64,000 nucleotides of DNA from positions 65,919 through 129,918 of the forward strand of contig QHSL01000062.1 of the NCBI GenBank assembly GCA_003220435.1, read 5' to 3'. Below are positions 39,420 to 49,634 of the stretch, one piece after another; position 1 is the stretch's first letter; each line of letters starts with the position of its first letter. Source of the DNA: Candidatus Rokuibacteriota bacterium (GTDB lineage: Bacteria > Methylomirabilota > Methylomirabilia > Rokubacteriales > CSP1-6). Made by a program: the position numbers and the translations under genes. Under the pieces are notes generated by a model, which saw only the letters and a program-made list of their open reading frames with translations, made no database searches and had not been told where the DNA came from.

Positions 39420-40913
39420 GTGGCGAGACGGGGCGATGGTCGCTCACGGCAGCCCTGCCGAGAATGTAAAATCGACGGCGTGATTACCCCGAGCGCCAGC
39501 TACAGCTTCACTGTCCGCCTCCAGATCCCGAACCGGCCCGGCATGCTCGGTCGGGTCGCGTCAGCGATCGGCGACGCCGGAGGCGACATTGGGGCTGTCG
39601 ACCTGGTGGAGACGACCCGGGACCGAACTGAGCGCGATATCACCGTCAAGGCCCGCGACAGTGTCCACGCGCAACAGATCGTCAGCCGGCTGAAGCGTGT
39701 CGCCGGCCTCCGCGTCGGTGCGGTCTCGGACCGGACGTTCCTCATGCATCTCGGCGGCAAGATCGAAATCCGAAACAAGGCCCCGATCCGTACTCGGGAC
39801 GATCTCTCGATGGCGTACACGCCGGGCGTGGCCCGGATATGCCTCGCCATCCGGGACGACCGTCAGCGCGCCTTCTCGCTGACGATCAAGAAGAACACCG
39901 TCGCCGTCGTGACCGACGGCACCGCGGTGCTCGGCCTGGGCGATATCGGCCCGGAGGCGGCCCTGCCCGTGATGGAAGGCAAGGCGATGCTTTTCAAAGA
40001 GTTTGCCGGCGTCGACGCGTTCCCCATTTGCCTCGCGACGAAGGAGCCCGACAAGATCGTCGAGACCGTGAAGCTGCTGGCGCCGGCCTTCGGCGGCGTC
40101 AACCTGGAAGACATCGCCGCGCCCCGATGCTTCGAGGTCGAGGAGCGGCTCCGCAAGGAGCTCGATATCCCCGTGTTCCACGACGACCAGCACGGTACCG
40201 CGGTCGTCGTGCTGGCCGCCCTCCTCAACGCGCTCAAGATCGTCCGCAAGGAGGCGCGGCGGACCCGCGTCGTGGTGACGGGGGTGGGCGCCGCCGGCAC
40301 CGCCACGATTAAGATCCTCCAGTCCATCGGGGTTCGCGACATCATGGGTGTCGACGAGCACGGGACGATCCATCGGGGCCGGACCAAGGGCATGGACTTC
40401 ATGAAACGATGGGTCGCCGGCGCGACCAACCCGCGCCAGGTCCAAGGGGACCTCGGGGCGGCGCTGGAGAGGGCCGACGTTTTCATCGGCCTGTCGGTGC
40501 CGGGGATCCTGACAGTGCGCGACCTCAAGCGCATGGCGCGCGATCCGATCGTCTTCGCCATGGCCAATCCCGATCCAGAGATACAACCGGAAGAGGCCAG
40601 GAGACACGTGCGCGTGATGGCGACGGGGCGCTCCGACTATCCGAACCAGATCAACAATGTGCTGTGCTTTCCGGGTTTCTTTCGGGGCCTGCTGGACGCT
40701 CGCGTCCGCGCCGTCAACGACGAGATGAAGCTCGCGGCGGCTCGCGCCTTGGCCGGGTGCGTAAGCCGGAGCGAGCTCAGCGAGGAGTACATCATCCCCA
40801 GCGTATTCAACAAGAGCGTCGCGCCGGCCGTCGCTCACGGCGTGGCCGGCGCCGCGCACGAGACCGCGACCGCTCGGCGCCGGCAGCGCCCGGATCTCTC
40901 AGGGATCCGTTGA
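39420..40913 (+). CDS. NAD(P)-dependent malic enzyme with N-terminal ACT domain
   Basis: ACT-like SFTVRLQIPNRPGMLGRVASAIGDAGGDIGAVDL followed by malic enzyme motifs (YTPGVA, VVTDGTAVLGLGDIG, GVGAAG). ORF track start is GTG 39420; an in-frame GTG at 39480 (VITPSASY...) is an equally plausible start. Confidence 0.85.
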   Translation: MARRGDGRSRQPCRECKIDGVITPSASYSFTVRLQIPNRPGMLGRVASAIGDAGGDIGAVDLVETTRDRTERDITVKARDSVHAQQIVSRLKRVAGLRVGAVSDRTFLMHLGGKIEIRNKAPIRTRDDLSMAYTPGVARICLAIRDDRQRAFSLTIKKNTVAVVTDGTAVLGLGDIGPEAALPVMEGKAMLFKEFAGVDAFPICLATKEPDKIVETVKLLAPAFGGVNLEDIAAPRCFEVEERLRKELDIPVFHDDQHGTAVVVLAALLNALKIVRKEARRTRVVVTGVGAAGTATIKILQSIGVRDIMGVDEHGTIHRGRTKGMDFMKRWVAGATNPRQVQGDLGAALERADVFIGLSVPGILTVRDLKRMARDPIVFAMANPDPEIQPEEARRHVRVMATGRSDYPNQINNVLCFPGFFRGLLDARVRAVNDEMKLAAARALAGCVSRSELSEEYIIPSVFNKSVAPAVAHGVAGAAHETATARRRQRPDLSGIR

Positions 40914-41620
40914 CGCCTCGCTGGTCGGTCGTCATCCCGGCGTTCAACGAGGTCCGGCGGCTGCCGTCGTATCTGGACGCGGTGGTCGCCTACCTCGAGG
41001 GGCGCGACGAGCCCTACGAGGTGATCGTCGTCGACGACGGGTCGACCGACGGGACCTCCGAGGTGGTCGAAGCCCGGCGGTTCCCCTCGGTCAGGGTCCT
41101 GCGCCTCTCGCAGAACTCGGGCAAGGGTGTGGCGGTGCGCGCGGGGATGCTCGCGGCCAGGGGAGCCTATCGGCTGTTCGCCGACGCCGATGGCGCCACC
41201 CCGATCGAGGAGCTGAAGCGCCTCGAGCCAGCCCTGGTGGGGGGGGCCGACGTGGTCATCGGCTCGCGCGTACTCGTCGATCCCGGCGTCTCGGTGGCGG
41301 CGCGCCGCCACCGGGTGGCGGCCGGCCGCGTGTTCAACTGGCTGGTCGCACGGCTGGGACTCGACGCGGTGGCGGATTCGCAGTGCGGCTTCAAGGCGTT
41401 CACGGCGAAGTCCGCCGGGTATCTCTTCGAGCCACTCTCCACCCGGGGCTTTGGTTTCGACGTGGAGCTCCTGCTGCGGGCCCAGACCGCTCGATACCGT
41501 ATCGTCGAGGTCCCCGTGAATTGGGTCGACCGGGCCGGGAGCAAGGTCGGGGTTCTTCGACATGGACCCGGAATGCTCTGGCAGATCGTGCGAGCTCGAC
41601 TCGGGGCGGGACGCTGGTGA
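40910..41620 (+). CDS. Glycosyltransferase family 2, polyprenyl-phosphate sugar synthase (DPM1/ArnC-like)
   Basis: TTG start overlapping the malic enzyme stop (TTGA). WSVVIPAFNE...VIVVDDGSTDGT...SQNSGKG...FADADG (DxD) are typical of Dpm1/GtrB-like GT2. Confidence 0.8.
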   Translation: MTPRWSVVIPAFNEVRRLPSYLDAVVAYLEGRDEPYEVIVVDDGSTDGTSEVVEARRFPSVRVLRLSQNSGKGVAVRAGMLAARGAYRLFADADGATPIEELKRLEPALVGGADVVIGSRVLVDPGVSVAARRHRVAAGRVFNWLVARLGLDAVADSQCGFKAFTAKSAGYLFEPLSTRGFGFDVELLLRAQTARYRIVEVPVNWVDRAGSKVGVLRHGPGMLWQIVRARLGAGRW

Positions 41621-42774
41621 CGTTCGCTCGGCGAATCCAGGATATCGAACCCTTTCTCGCGGTCGAGGTGGCCGAGCGCGCCCAGGAGCTCGAACGGGCC
41701 GGGATCGATGTGGTACACCTCGAGTTCGGCGAACCGGACTTCGAGGCGCCGGCGGTCGTTCGAGAGGCCGTGGCGCGCGCCATCAAGGACGGCCGCACGC
41801 GATACACCCACAGCCTTGGAATCCTGCCCCTGCGGGAGGCGATCACCGAGCACTACGCCAACACATACGGCGTCACCGTCTCCCCGGATCAAGTCCTGAT
41901 CACGGCCGGCACCTCGCCGGCGATGCTGCTGCTCTTTGGCCACCTCCTGGATCCGGGAGACGAGGTCGTGCTGAGCGATCCATACTATGCGTGTTACCCG
42001 AACTTCATTCGCTACGCCGAAGGCCGGCCGGTGTACGTCGGCGTGACCGAGGAGGATGCGTTCCAGTACCGCCCCGAAGCGATCAAGGCGAGGCTCGGCC
42101 CGCGCACCCGCGCGATCGTGGTCAACTCGCCGGCCAATCCCACCGGCACGGTGCTGTCGCCCGAACGCATGGCCGCGATCGCCGAGCTCAGCCGGGGCCA
42201 GGGCCCGCTGATCGTGTCCGACGAGATCTATCACGGGCTCAGCTATCAGGGGCGGGACCGGACGATCCTGGAATACACCGAGCGGGCGTTCGTGCTCAAC
42301 GGCTTCTCGAAGGCGTATGCCATGACGGGCTGGCGACTCGGCTGGGTGATCGCCCCGCGCGAGCACATCCGCGCGCTGCAGCGGCTCTACGGCAACTTCT
42401 TCATCTCGACGAACGAGTTCGTGCAGTGGGCCGGTGTCGCGGCGCTGCGTGAGGCCTCCGACGAGAGCCGCCGCTTTCGTGCGATCTTCGACGAGCGGCG
42501 CCGAGCGATGGTCGCCGGTCTCCGATCGATCGGGTTCGGCGTCGGCCCCGAGCCCACGGGCGCGTTCTACGTCCTGGCGAACGCCCGGCATCTCTCCACC
42601 GACTCCGTGAGTCTCGCCCGCGAGCTCCTTGAGTCGAGCCACGTCGCGGTGACGCCGGGGGCGGCGTTCGGCGCCAACGCCGAAGGATACCTCCGCTTCT
42701 CGTACGCGTCGTCGCTCGAGCGCATTCAGGAAGGTCTCCGGCGTCTCGGTCGATTCCTCGCGACCCGGCGTTGA
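41617..42774 (+). CDS. Class I/II pyridoxal-phosphate aminotransferase (aspartate/aromatic aminotransferase-like)
   Basis: GTG start overlapping GT2 stop. NSPANPTG, PLIVSDEIYHGL, FSKAYAMTGWRLGW (PLP Lys in SKA). Confidence 0.85.
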   Translation: MTFARRIQDIEPFLAVEVAERAQELERAGIDVVHLEFGEPDFEAPAVVREAVARAIKDGRTRYTHSLGILPLREAITEHYANTYGVTVSPDQVLITAGTSPAMLLLFGHLLDPGDEVVLSDPYYACYPNFIRYAEGRPVYVGVTEEDAFQYRPEAIKARLGPRTRAIVVNSPANPTGTVLSPERMAAIAELSRGQGPLIVSDEIYHGLSYQGRDRTILEYTERAFVLNGFSKAYAMTGWRLGWVIAPREHIRALQRLYGNFFISTNEFVQWAGVAALREASDESRRFRAIFDERRRAMVAGLRSIGFGVGPEPTGAFYVLANARHLSTDSVSLARELLESSHVAVTPGAAFGANAEGYLRFSYASSLERIQEGLRRLGRFLATRR

Positions 42775-42787
42775 GCCCCTGAGCCCG

Positions 42788-43507
42788 ATGGACCCCGCCT
42801 ACGTCGGCGTCCACCTGGAGGAGGACCGGTCGCACTGGTGGTTTCGTGGCCGGCTCGCGGTAATCACCGCGACGCTCCGTCGGGTGCTTCCGCCGCGTCC
42901 CGTCCGCCTGCTCGAGCTCGGCTGCGGCTCGGGCAACGTGCTCGCGGCTCTGGCCGAGTTCGGCGAGGCAGTCGGCTTGGAGGCGCATCCGGAGCTCATC
43001 GCCGCCGCGCGGGCGGCCGGGCTCGACGTCCGCGCCGGGCGACTCCCGGACGACCTCGGTGTCGTCCCGGGTTGGGCCGACGTGGCGCTGCTGCTCGACG
43101 TGATCGAGCACCTTGATGACGACGTCGCCGCGCTCGCCGCGGCTCGCCGGGCCGTCTGCGAGGGCGGTCTGCTCGTCGTGACGGTGCCGGCGTACCGCTG
43201 GCTCTGGAGCGGCCACGACGAGGTCCTCGGCCACCGGCGACGCTACACCGCGGCCGGGCTGCGCACCGCGGCCGAGCGCGCGGGCTTCCGGGTGCTTCGT
43301 ATCAGCTACTTCAACACGGTTCTCTTCCCGATGGTGGCACTGGTGCGCGCCTGGAAGACGCTCCGCGGCGATCGTGGCCATGACCTGCGCCGGCCTGCGG
43401 CGCCCGTCAACCGGCTCCTCGAGGGCCTGTTCGCCTTCGAGCGCCATCTTGTTCCCCGCGTCGCGCTGCCGTTCGGCGCGTCGCTGATTCTGATCGGACG
43501 GCGATGA
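42788..43507 (+). CDS. Class I SAM-dependent methyltransferase
   Basis: LLELGCGSGNV (motif I), LLLDVIEHLDDD (motif II-like). Confidence 0.75.
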   Translation: MDPAYVGVHLEEDRSHWWFRGRLAVITATLRRVLPPRPVRLLELGCGSGNVLAALAEFGEAVGLEAHPELIAAARAAGLDVRAGRLPDDLGVVPGWADVALLLDVIEHLDDDVAALAAARRAVCEGGLLVVTVPAYRWLWSGHDEVLGHRRRYTAAGLRTAAERAGFRVLRISYFNTVLFPMVALVRAWKTLRGDRGHDLRRPAAPVNRLLEGLFAFERHLVPRVALPFGASLILIGRR

Positions 43508-45663
43508 ACGGCGACCGCTCGGGGGCCGTCCGCGAATGGGCACTCGTGGCCGGCGTCTACGCCGCCATGGTCGTCATCGCGGCCGCGTGGCTCGCGGTGG
43601 ACCGCACGCCCCCCGAGTGGGACCACGCCAACCACCTCGAGCGCGTCGTCCACTGCGCCGAGGATCTCGCCAGGCGTGACGTCCGGACCATCGTCGAGCG
43701 CTCATCGTTCTACCCTCCCCTCGTCCCTTGCGCCGCGGCCGTGCTCTACCGGCTGGCGCCGTCGGACGTGGCCGCGGCGCAAGCCGTTGTCCTCGCATTC
43801 CTGGGCCTCGGCATGGCCGCCGTGTACGCGCTTGGGCGCCAACTGGCCGGCGGCACCGAGGGCGTCGTCGCCGCGGTCGTCTTCGGGTGTGCGCCCTTCG
43901 TGGTCTTCTCGTCCCTGCGATTCCAGCTCGATCTGCCGCTGGCGGCGATGGTGGCGCTGGCGCTCGTCGTCCTGCTCCGGACCGAGGGGCTCGCCCGCCC
44001 CGGGTGGTCGCTGGTCGCGGGCCTCGTATTCGGCGTCGGGATGCTCACGAAACCTCCGTTTGCCGCTTACCTGGTCGTTCCGGTCGTCGCGATCCTCTCC
44101 CGCGGGGATCGGGGCAACAAGCTCGTCAAGGCCGGGCTGATGATCGCGATCGCGTCGCTCATCGCACTGCCCTGGTATGGACCGCGGCTCTTCGGCCTTC
44201 TCCCGCAGATCGCGAGCCGCTCGTTCAAGCAGGCGGCGGAGTCGGGGCATCCCGACCCCTTCACGGCGTCGGCGCTGCTCTTCTATCCGACGATGCTCGT
44301 ACCCCAGTTCGGCGTGCTCGCGGTCGTGCTCCTCCTGGCCGGGCTGGTCGTCGCGATCCTGAGGCGGCAGGGCGTGGCGGTGACGGCATTCCTGGTTCCG
44401 TTCGTCCTGTTCTCACTCCTCCAGAACAAGAACCTGCGCTACACGCTCCCGCTCCTGCCGATCGCCTCGGTCCTGGCCGGGATGGGGTTCGGCCTCCTGC
44501 GAGGCCACGGTCGGGTGATCGGCGGCGGTGTCCTCGCCGCAGTCTGCGTGCTCCAGGTGAGCGCCACGGTTCTGCCCGTGCCACGGGGGCTCACCCTGCC
44601 GGGGCTCGGCGTCGCGCTCGTTCCCGAGTCGCCGCCGCGGAGGGGCAACTGGCGGCATCGGGAAATCCTCGCGCTCATCACCCGCGACAGTCGCGGCGCC
44701 CCGGCGACGGTGAGCGTGGTCCCGAACGACAACTTCTTCTCCGTGAGCAATTTTCGATACTACGGGGCGCGGGATAGCCTCCCGCTCCGGTTCACGCGCG
44801 CCTGGGAGAGCGAGCCGATCGGCATCGAGTACATGATTCTGAAAACCGGCGACGTGGGACCGGCGTGGACGGCGGCGAGGCCGCGACGCATCGCGGAGCG
44901 GCTCGCCAGCGATCCCCATCTCGCCCGCGTGTTTCCGGTCCTCGACGAGTTCGCCCTCCCCGACGGATCGACCGCCAGTGTCAGGGTACGGCGCCTCACC
45001 GACGCGCTGGACGTCGAGGTCGCCACCTTCGCGCGCGAGGTCGAGGCCGCGATTCGCCGAGCGCTCGCCGACGTCGTCAGCGGCGCCGAGGGTCTCGAGA
45101 TCCGTCTCGTCTACGACGACGCCCTCCGGCACGGTCAAATCAGCCGCGTCGAGATCCGCGCCGCGTCGGCGGCCGTCGGCGAGATGACGCGCCCGGGTGC
45201 GGCCATGCTCCGCGTCCGCGACGTTCGGATCGCCTTCGACGACGTGCTCGTAAACCCGTTCAGTATTCACGCGACTGGCCGGCTCGGACCCCTGGAGGCC
45301 AGGCGCGTCGCCCTGGAGCAGGTCACCATCCTCGAGGCCGATGCCCGCGCGTTCCTCCGCGAGCAAAAAGCATTCAGCCGGGCTTCGGTGAAGCTCGAGT
45401 CCGGCGCCGTCGCGTTCGTCATGCATCTGCCCGGGCCCGACGTGGCGGCGCGCGTACGCTTCGTTCCCGCGAACGACCGGCCGTTCGCCCTGGAAGCCGA
45501 GAGCGTCAGGATTGGATGGATTCCCGTGCCGGCGCCTCTCGTCGACTGGGTCGTGCGTACCTGGGACCCTTCGCCCAGGCTGGCCCGGCGCTTGCCCGTC
45601 CCGGTCACGCTCCGACACCTGGACGTCACGCCGGAGGCCATCAAGGTCTCCGACAGCCCGTAG
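43504..45663 (+). CDS. GT-C fold membrane glycosyltransferase (ArnT/PMT/GT39/GT83-like) with about 320-aa C-terminal extramembrane domain
   Basis: N-terminal about 390 aa with about 10 predicted TM helices and first-loop acidic motif region (PEWDHANHLERV), like 4-amino-arabinose/mannosyl transferases. C-terminal soluble domain has no recognised motif. ATGA overlap with the MTase gene. Confidence 0.65.
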   Translation: MNGDRSGAVREWALVAGVYAAMVVIAAAWLAVDRTPPEWDHANHLERVVHCAEDLARRDVRTIVERSSFYPPLVPCAAAVLYRLAPSDVAAAQAVVLAFLGLGMAAVYALGRQLAGGTEGVVAAVVFGCAPFVVFSSLRFQLDLPLAAMVALALVVLLRTEGLARPGWSLVAGLVFGVGMLTKPPFAAYLVVPVVAILSRGDRGNKLVKAGLMIAIASLIALPWYGPRLFGLLPQIASRSFKQAAESGHPDPFTASALLFYPTMLVPQFGVLAVVLLLAGLVVAILRRQGVAVTAFLVPFVLFSLLQNKNLRYTLPLLPIASVLAGMGFGLLRGHGRVIGGGVLAAVCVLQVSATVLPVPRGLTLPGLGVALVPESPPRRGNWRHREILALITRDSRGAPATVSVVPNDNFFSVSNFRYYGARDSLPLRFTRAWESEPIGIEYMILKTGDVGPAWTAARPRRIAERLASDPHLARVFPVLDEFALPDGSTASVRVRRLTDALDVEVATFAREVEAAIRRALADVVSGAEGLEIRLVYDDALRHGQISRVEIRAASAAVGEMTRPGAAMLRVRDVRIAFDDVLVNPFSIHATGRLGPLEARRVALEQVTILEADARAFLREQKAFSRASVKLESGAVAFVMHLPGPDVAARVRFVPANDRPFALEAESVRIGWIPVPAPLVDWVVRTWDPSPRLARRLPVPVTLRHLDVTPEAIKVSDSP

Positions 45664-45672
45664 GAGAGAGCG

Positions 45673-46329
45673 ATGAGAGAGTCGCGCGAGGCCAAGCGCG
45701 CCCGGGCCCGAAGGATCGTCAGCGCGCTCAAGAAAGCCTATCCTGACGCAAGGATCGCTCTCAATTTCGGGACTCCACTCGAGCTGCTGGTCGCCACGAT
45801 CCTCTCGGCCCAGTGCACCGACGAGCGGGTGAACTTGGTGACCCCGTCGCTCTTCGCCAGATACGCGAGCGCGCGCGACTACGCCTGTGCGGACGCCGCG
45901 ACTCTGGAGCAAGAGGTGCGCTCCACGGGGTTCTACCGCGCGAAGACCCGCTCGATCATCGGGATGGCGAAGGCACTCGTCGACGAGCACGGCGGCGAGG
46001 TGCCGCGCACCCGAGAAGCGCTGACCGCGCTTCCAGGCGTGGGGCTCAAGACGGCGAACGTGATCCTCGGAAACGCGCTCGGGGAGCCGGCGATCGCGGT
46101 CGATACGCACGTCTTCCGCGTCTCGCAGCGCCTGGGTCTCGCGCGCTCGGACGATCCCGATGAGATCCACGATCAGCTCGTCGAGGTGCTGCCGCGCCAC
46201 GAGTGGACACGGACCACGCACCTCATTCAAAGCCACGGCCGGCGCTGTTGTGTGGCGCGAAAGCCGCGCTGCCCGGCGTGTCCGGTGCGCGCGCTCTGCC
46301 CCTGGCCCGGCAAGAGCAAGATTCGTTGA
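45673..46329 (+). CDS. nth: Endonuclease III
   Basis: HhH-GPD (LPGVGLKTANVILG) and [4Fe-4S] C-x6-C-x2-C-x5-C (CVARKPRCPACPVRALC). Confidence 0.9.
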   Translation: MRESREAKRARARRIVSALKKAYPDARIALNFGTPLELLVATILSAQCTDERVNLVTPSLFARYASARDYACADAATLEQEVRSTGFYRAKTRSIIGMAKALVDEHGGEVPRTREALTALPGVGLKTANVILGNALGEPAIAVDTHVFRVSQRLGLARSDDPDEIHDQLVEVLPRHEWTRTTHLIQSHGRRCCVARKPRCPACPVRALCPWPGKSKIR

Positions 46330-46354
46330 CAGGCCAGGCCTTTCCCTTTAGAGT
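46326..46354 (+). promoter_or_regulatory. Near-consensus sigma-70 promoter for rplM-rpsI (TTGACA-N17-TAGAGT) overlapping the nth stop codon
   Basis: Seen in the sequence; exact 17-nt spacer. Confidence 0.5.
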
Positions 46355-46411
46355 ATGGCGGCGCGAATTTTTCTGTGTGGACGCCTACTTAGAGCCGTCG
46401 AGGGGATGCTG

Positions 46412-46855
46412 ATGCCGACGTTGATACCAAAGGAAAGCGAGATCGAGCACAAATGGTTCGTCGTCGACGCCGAGGGGCAGGTGCTCGGACGGCTGGCGAG
46501 CCGCGTTGCGTCAATACTGAGGGGCAAGCACAAGACGACGTTCACCCCGCACCTTGACGTCGGCGATCACGTGGTCGTGCTGAATGCTGCGAAGGTGCAC
46601 CTGACGGGGCGTAAACTCCGGGACAAACAGTACCGCTGGCACTCCGGCTACATCGGTGGCCTGCGCGAGGTGAGTGCCGAGACGATGCTGAAGACTCACC
46701 CGGAGCGCGTCATCGAGTGGGCGGTGCAGGGCATGCTGCCGAAGAACCGGCTCGGGCGAGCGATGGCCAAGAAGCTGAAGGTGTACCGCGGCGGCGCGCA
46801 TCCGCATCAGGCACAGCGCCCCGAAAATCTCATCGCGAAGGCGGAGGGTCGCTGA
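46412..46855 (+). CDS. rplM: 50S ribosomal protein L13
   Basis: [30 protein letters not shown]; RBS gaggg 7 nt upstream of ATG 46412. ORF track 46355 is an upstream extension. Confidence 0.9.
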   Translation: MPTLIPKESEIEHKWFVVDAEGQVLGRLASRVASILRGKHKTTFTPHLDVGDHVVVLNAAKVHLTGRKLRDKQYRWHSGYIGGLREVSAETMLKTHPERVIEWAVQGMLPKNRLGRAMAKKLKVYRGGAHPHQAQRPENLIAKAEGR

Positions 46856-47253
46856 TGGCCGCAGTGGTCGACAGATTCTACGCGACGGGGCGCCGCAAGA
46901 CGTCCGTCGCGCGCGTGTGGATCCGGCCCGGCGCCGGCCGCATCGTCGTGAACCGTCGCGCCTTCGAAGACTACTTCCCCCGCGAGACGCTGCGGATGAT
47001 CATCGCGCAGCCGCTCGAGGTGACGAGCACCGCGGGTCAGTTCGACGTGTTCGTGACCGTCGGTGGTGGCGGACCGACCGGCCAGGCCGGCGCGGTGCGA
47101 CACGGCCTCTCCCGCGCCCTGGCGCGCTTCGACGACAAGTTCCGCCTGCCGCTCAAGAAGGCGGGCCTTCTCACCCGCGATCCGCGGATGCGCGAGCGGA
47201 AGAAGTACGGCCAGCCCGGCGCTCGCCAGAAGTTCCAGTACTCGAAGCGCTAG
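46855..47253 (+). CDS. rpsI: 30S ribosomal protein S9
   Basis: [18 protein letters not shown]...C-terminal [22 protein letters not shown] overlap with rplM. Confidence 0.9.
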   Translation: MAAVVDRFYATGRRKTSVARVWIRPGAGRIVVNRRAFEDYFPRETLRMIIAQPLEVTSTAGQFDVFVTVGGGGPTGQAGAVRHGLSRALARFDDKFRLPLKKAGLLTRDPRMRERKKYGQPGARQKFQYSKR

Positions 47254-47270
47254 TGTCCAGGCGGCCCGAG

Positions 47271-48320
47271 ATGATCCGTGTCGCCGTCGCCGGAGCGAGC
47301 GGCTATATGGGAGCCGAGCTCCTGCGCCTGCTCTCCGTCCACCCGAAGATCGAGCTGACCGGCGTGACCTCCGACCGGCTCGCCGGCGAGCCGGTCGGCA
47401 AGGCGTATCCGCACCTGCGCGGGATCAGCGATCTGAGATTCCATGACCTCGATCCGGAGTGGCTCGCCTCCGTCGCCGACCTGGTCTTCCTCGCGCTGCC
47501 TCACATGGAGTCGCAGAAAACGGTCCCGGTGCTGCGGCGCCGCGGCTGCCGCGCGGTCGACCTCTCGGCCGACTACCGGTTGCGCGACGCGAACGACTAC
47601 GTGACGTGGTACAAGGCGCCCCACATCGATCCGCCCGGGCTCGCCGAGGCGGTCTATGGATTGCCGGAGCTTCACCGGAAGGCGATCGCGGGCGCCTCCC
47701 TCGTCGCCTCGCCCGGCTGCTATGCGGCCGGGGCGATCCTCGCGACGGCGCCGCTCGTGCGCGCCGGCCTCGCGCGACTCGAGGGGATCGTGATCGACGG
47801 CAAGTCGGGCGTCACCGGTGCCGGCGCCCAGGGGCGGAAGATCGACCCGATGTACCTCTTCACCGAGGCCAACGAGAATGTGCAGGCATACGGGATGGCC
47901 TCGCACCGCCACACGCCGGAAATCGAGCAGGAGCTCGGCGCGCTTGCCGGCACCCCGCTGCGGGTCGCGTTCACGCCGCACCTGCTGCCGCTCAACCGCG
48001 GGCTCTTCACGACCGCGTCGGTGTCGCTCTCCACCGTGATACCGACGGCCGGATTGCTGGACGTCTACCGCGAGTTCTACGCGGGTGAGCCCTTCGTGCG
48101 CGTCCTCGACGAGGGCGAGCGTCCGACGACGCGCACCGTCGTCGGCTCCAACTTCTGCGACGTCACGGTGGTGGCGGATCCGCGCACGCGCCGCGCCGTG
48201 TGCGTGTCGGCCATCGACAACCTCGGCAAGGGCGGCTCGGCCAACGGCGTTCAGAACCTCAACGTGATGTTCGGCTGGAACGAGCGCGCCGGGCTCGAGG
48301 CCCCCCCGGTGTACCCCTAG
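47271..48320 (+). CDS. argC: N-acetyl-gamma-glutamyl-phosphate reductase
   Basis: MIRVAVAGASGYMGAELLRLL..., catalytic Cys in SPGCYAAG. Confidence 0.9.
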   Translation: MIRVAVAGASGYMGAELLRLLSVHPKIELTGVTSDRLAGEPVGKAYPHLRGISDLRFHDLDPEWLASVADLVFLALPHMESQKTVPVLRRRGCRAVDLSADYRLRDANDYVTWYKAPHIDPPGLAEAVYGLPELHRKAIAGASLVASPGCYAAGAILATAPLVRAGLARLEGIVIDGKSGVTGAGAQGRKIDPMYLFTEANENVQAYGMASHRHTPEIEQELGALAGTPLRVAFTPHLLPLNRGLFTTASVSLSTVIPTAGLLDVYREFYAGEPFVRVLDEGERPTTRTVVGSNFCDVTVVADPRTRRAVCVSAIDNLGKGGSANGVQNLNVMFGWNERAGLEAPPVYP

Positions 48321-48321
48321 G

Positions 48322-49542
48322 ATGGCGTCCTCCGAGATCGAGTGGCTCGACGGCGGTGTCACCGCGGTGCCCGGTATCCTCGCCGGCGGCGTGGTGGCCG
48401 GCATCAAGCCCAGCGGTAAGAAAGACCTCGCGCTGATCTACTCCTCGTCGCCGGCACGCGTCGCGGCGGTCTTCACCTCGAACCAGGTCAAGGGCGCCCC
48501 GGTGCTGGTGTCGCGCGAGCACGTGCGCGGCGGCCAGGCGCAGGCAATCGTGGCGTCGAGCGGATGCGCGAACGTCTGCACGGGCGAGCGTGGGATCAAA
48601 GACGCGCGCGAGATGACGAAGCTGGTCGGCGAGCTGCTACGGATCCCGCCCACACACGTGCTGGTTGCCGCGACCGGCGTGATCGGCGTCCCAATGCCGA
48701 TGGACAAGATCCGCGCCGCGCTGCCCAAGCTGGCGAAGTCGCTCTCTCCGCAGGGCGGTCGGAGCGCGGCCGAGGCGATCATGACCACCGACACCCAGGC
48801 GAAGGAGGCGGCATTGCGTCTCGACGTCGGCGGGCGGCCGGTGACGATCGGCGGGATCGCCAAGGGCGTCGCGATGCTCGAGCCGCACCTGGCCACGATG
48901 CTGTGCTTCGTCGCGACCGACGCTGTCATCGCGCGGCCCGCGCTCGACGCGGTGCTGCGCCGAGCCGTCGATCGGTCCTTCAACCGGGTGACCGTGGACT
49001 CCGACCAGTCCACCAGCGACACCGTGGCGGTGCTCGCGAACGGGCTGGCCGAGAACGCCCCGCTCGAGGCCGGGGCGCGCGGGCTCCGCCAGTTCGCGCA
49101 CGGCCTGGACGCGGTGACGACGAAGCTCGCGCGGATGCTGGTGGTCGACGGCGAGGGCGCCACCAAGCTCGTGAGGATCACGGTGCGCGGCGCAGCCAGC
49201 CGACGCGACGCGCTGCTGGCAGCGCGCAGCGTCGCGAACTCTCCGCTCGTGAAGGCCGCGATCAACGGCGCCGATCCCAACTGGGGCCGGATCATGATGG
49301 CGCTCGGCAAGTCGGCGGCCCGCGTGGAGCAGGACAGGGTCTCGATCGCGTTCGGCGAGGAGCGAATGGTCGATCACGGGATGCTGCGCGACGACGTGCA
49401 GCCGGAGCGTCTGCGTAAGATCATGGGACAGGCGGAATACGACATCACGATCGACCTGGGGATCGGGCGCGGCGAGGACCGCGTCTGGACCTGCGATCTC
49501 AGCGAGGAGTACGTGCGGCTCAACTCCAAGTACACGACGTAG
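48322..49542 (+). CDS. argJ: Bifunctional ornithine acetyltransferase / N-acetylglutamate synthase
   Basis: [11 protein letters not shown] (self-cleavage Thr site) and overall ArgJ pattern. Confidence 0.9.
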   Translation: MASSEIEWLDGGVTAVPGILAGGVVAGIKPSGKKDLALIYSSSPARVAAVFTSNQVKGAPVLVSREHVRGGQAQAIVASSGCANVCTGERGIKDAREMTKLVGELLRIPPTHVLVAATGVIGVPMPMDKIRAALPKLAKSLSPQGGRSAAEAIMTTDTQAKEAALRLDVGGRPVTIGGIAKGVAMLEPHLATMLCFVATDAVIARPALDAVLRRAVDRSFNRVTVDSDQSTSDTVAVLANGLAENAPLEAGARGLRQFAHGLDAVTTKLARMLVVDGEGATKLVRITVRGAASRRDALLAARSVANSPLVKAAINGADPNWGRIMMALGKSAARVEQDRVSIAFGEERMVDHGMLRDDVQPERLRKIMGQAEYDITIDLGIGRGEDRVWTCDLSEEYVRLNSKYTT

Positions 49543-49634
49543 CTCACCATCACACACGCCGCGCGCCATCGGTGGCGGCACCCGCCCGGGGGCGGGCCGC
49601 TGAGCGCGGCGGAGGCGAACCGAAGGAGGACCTT

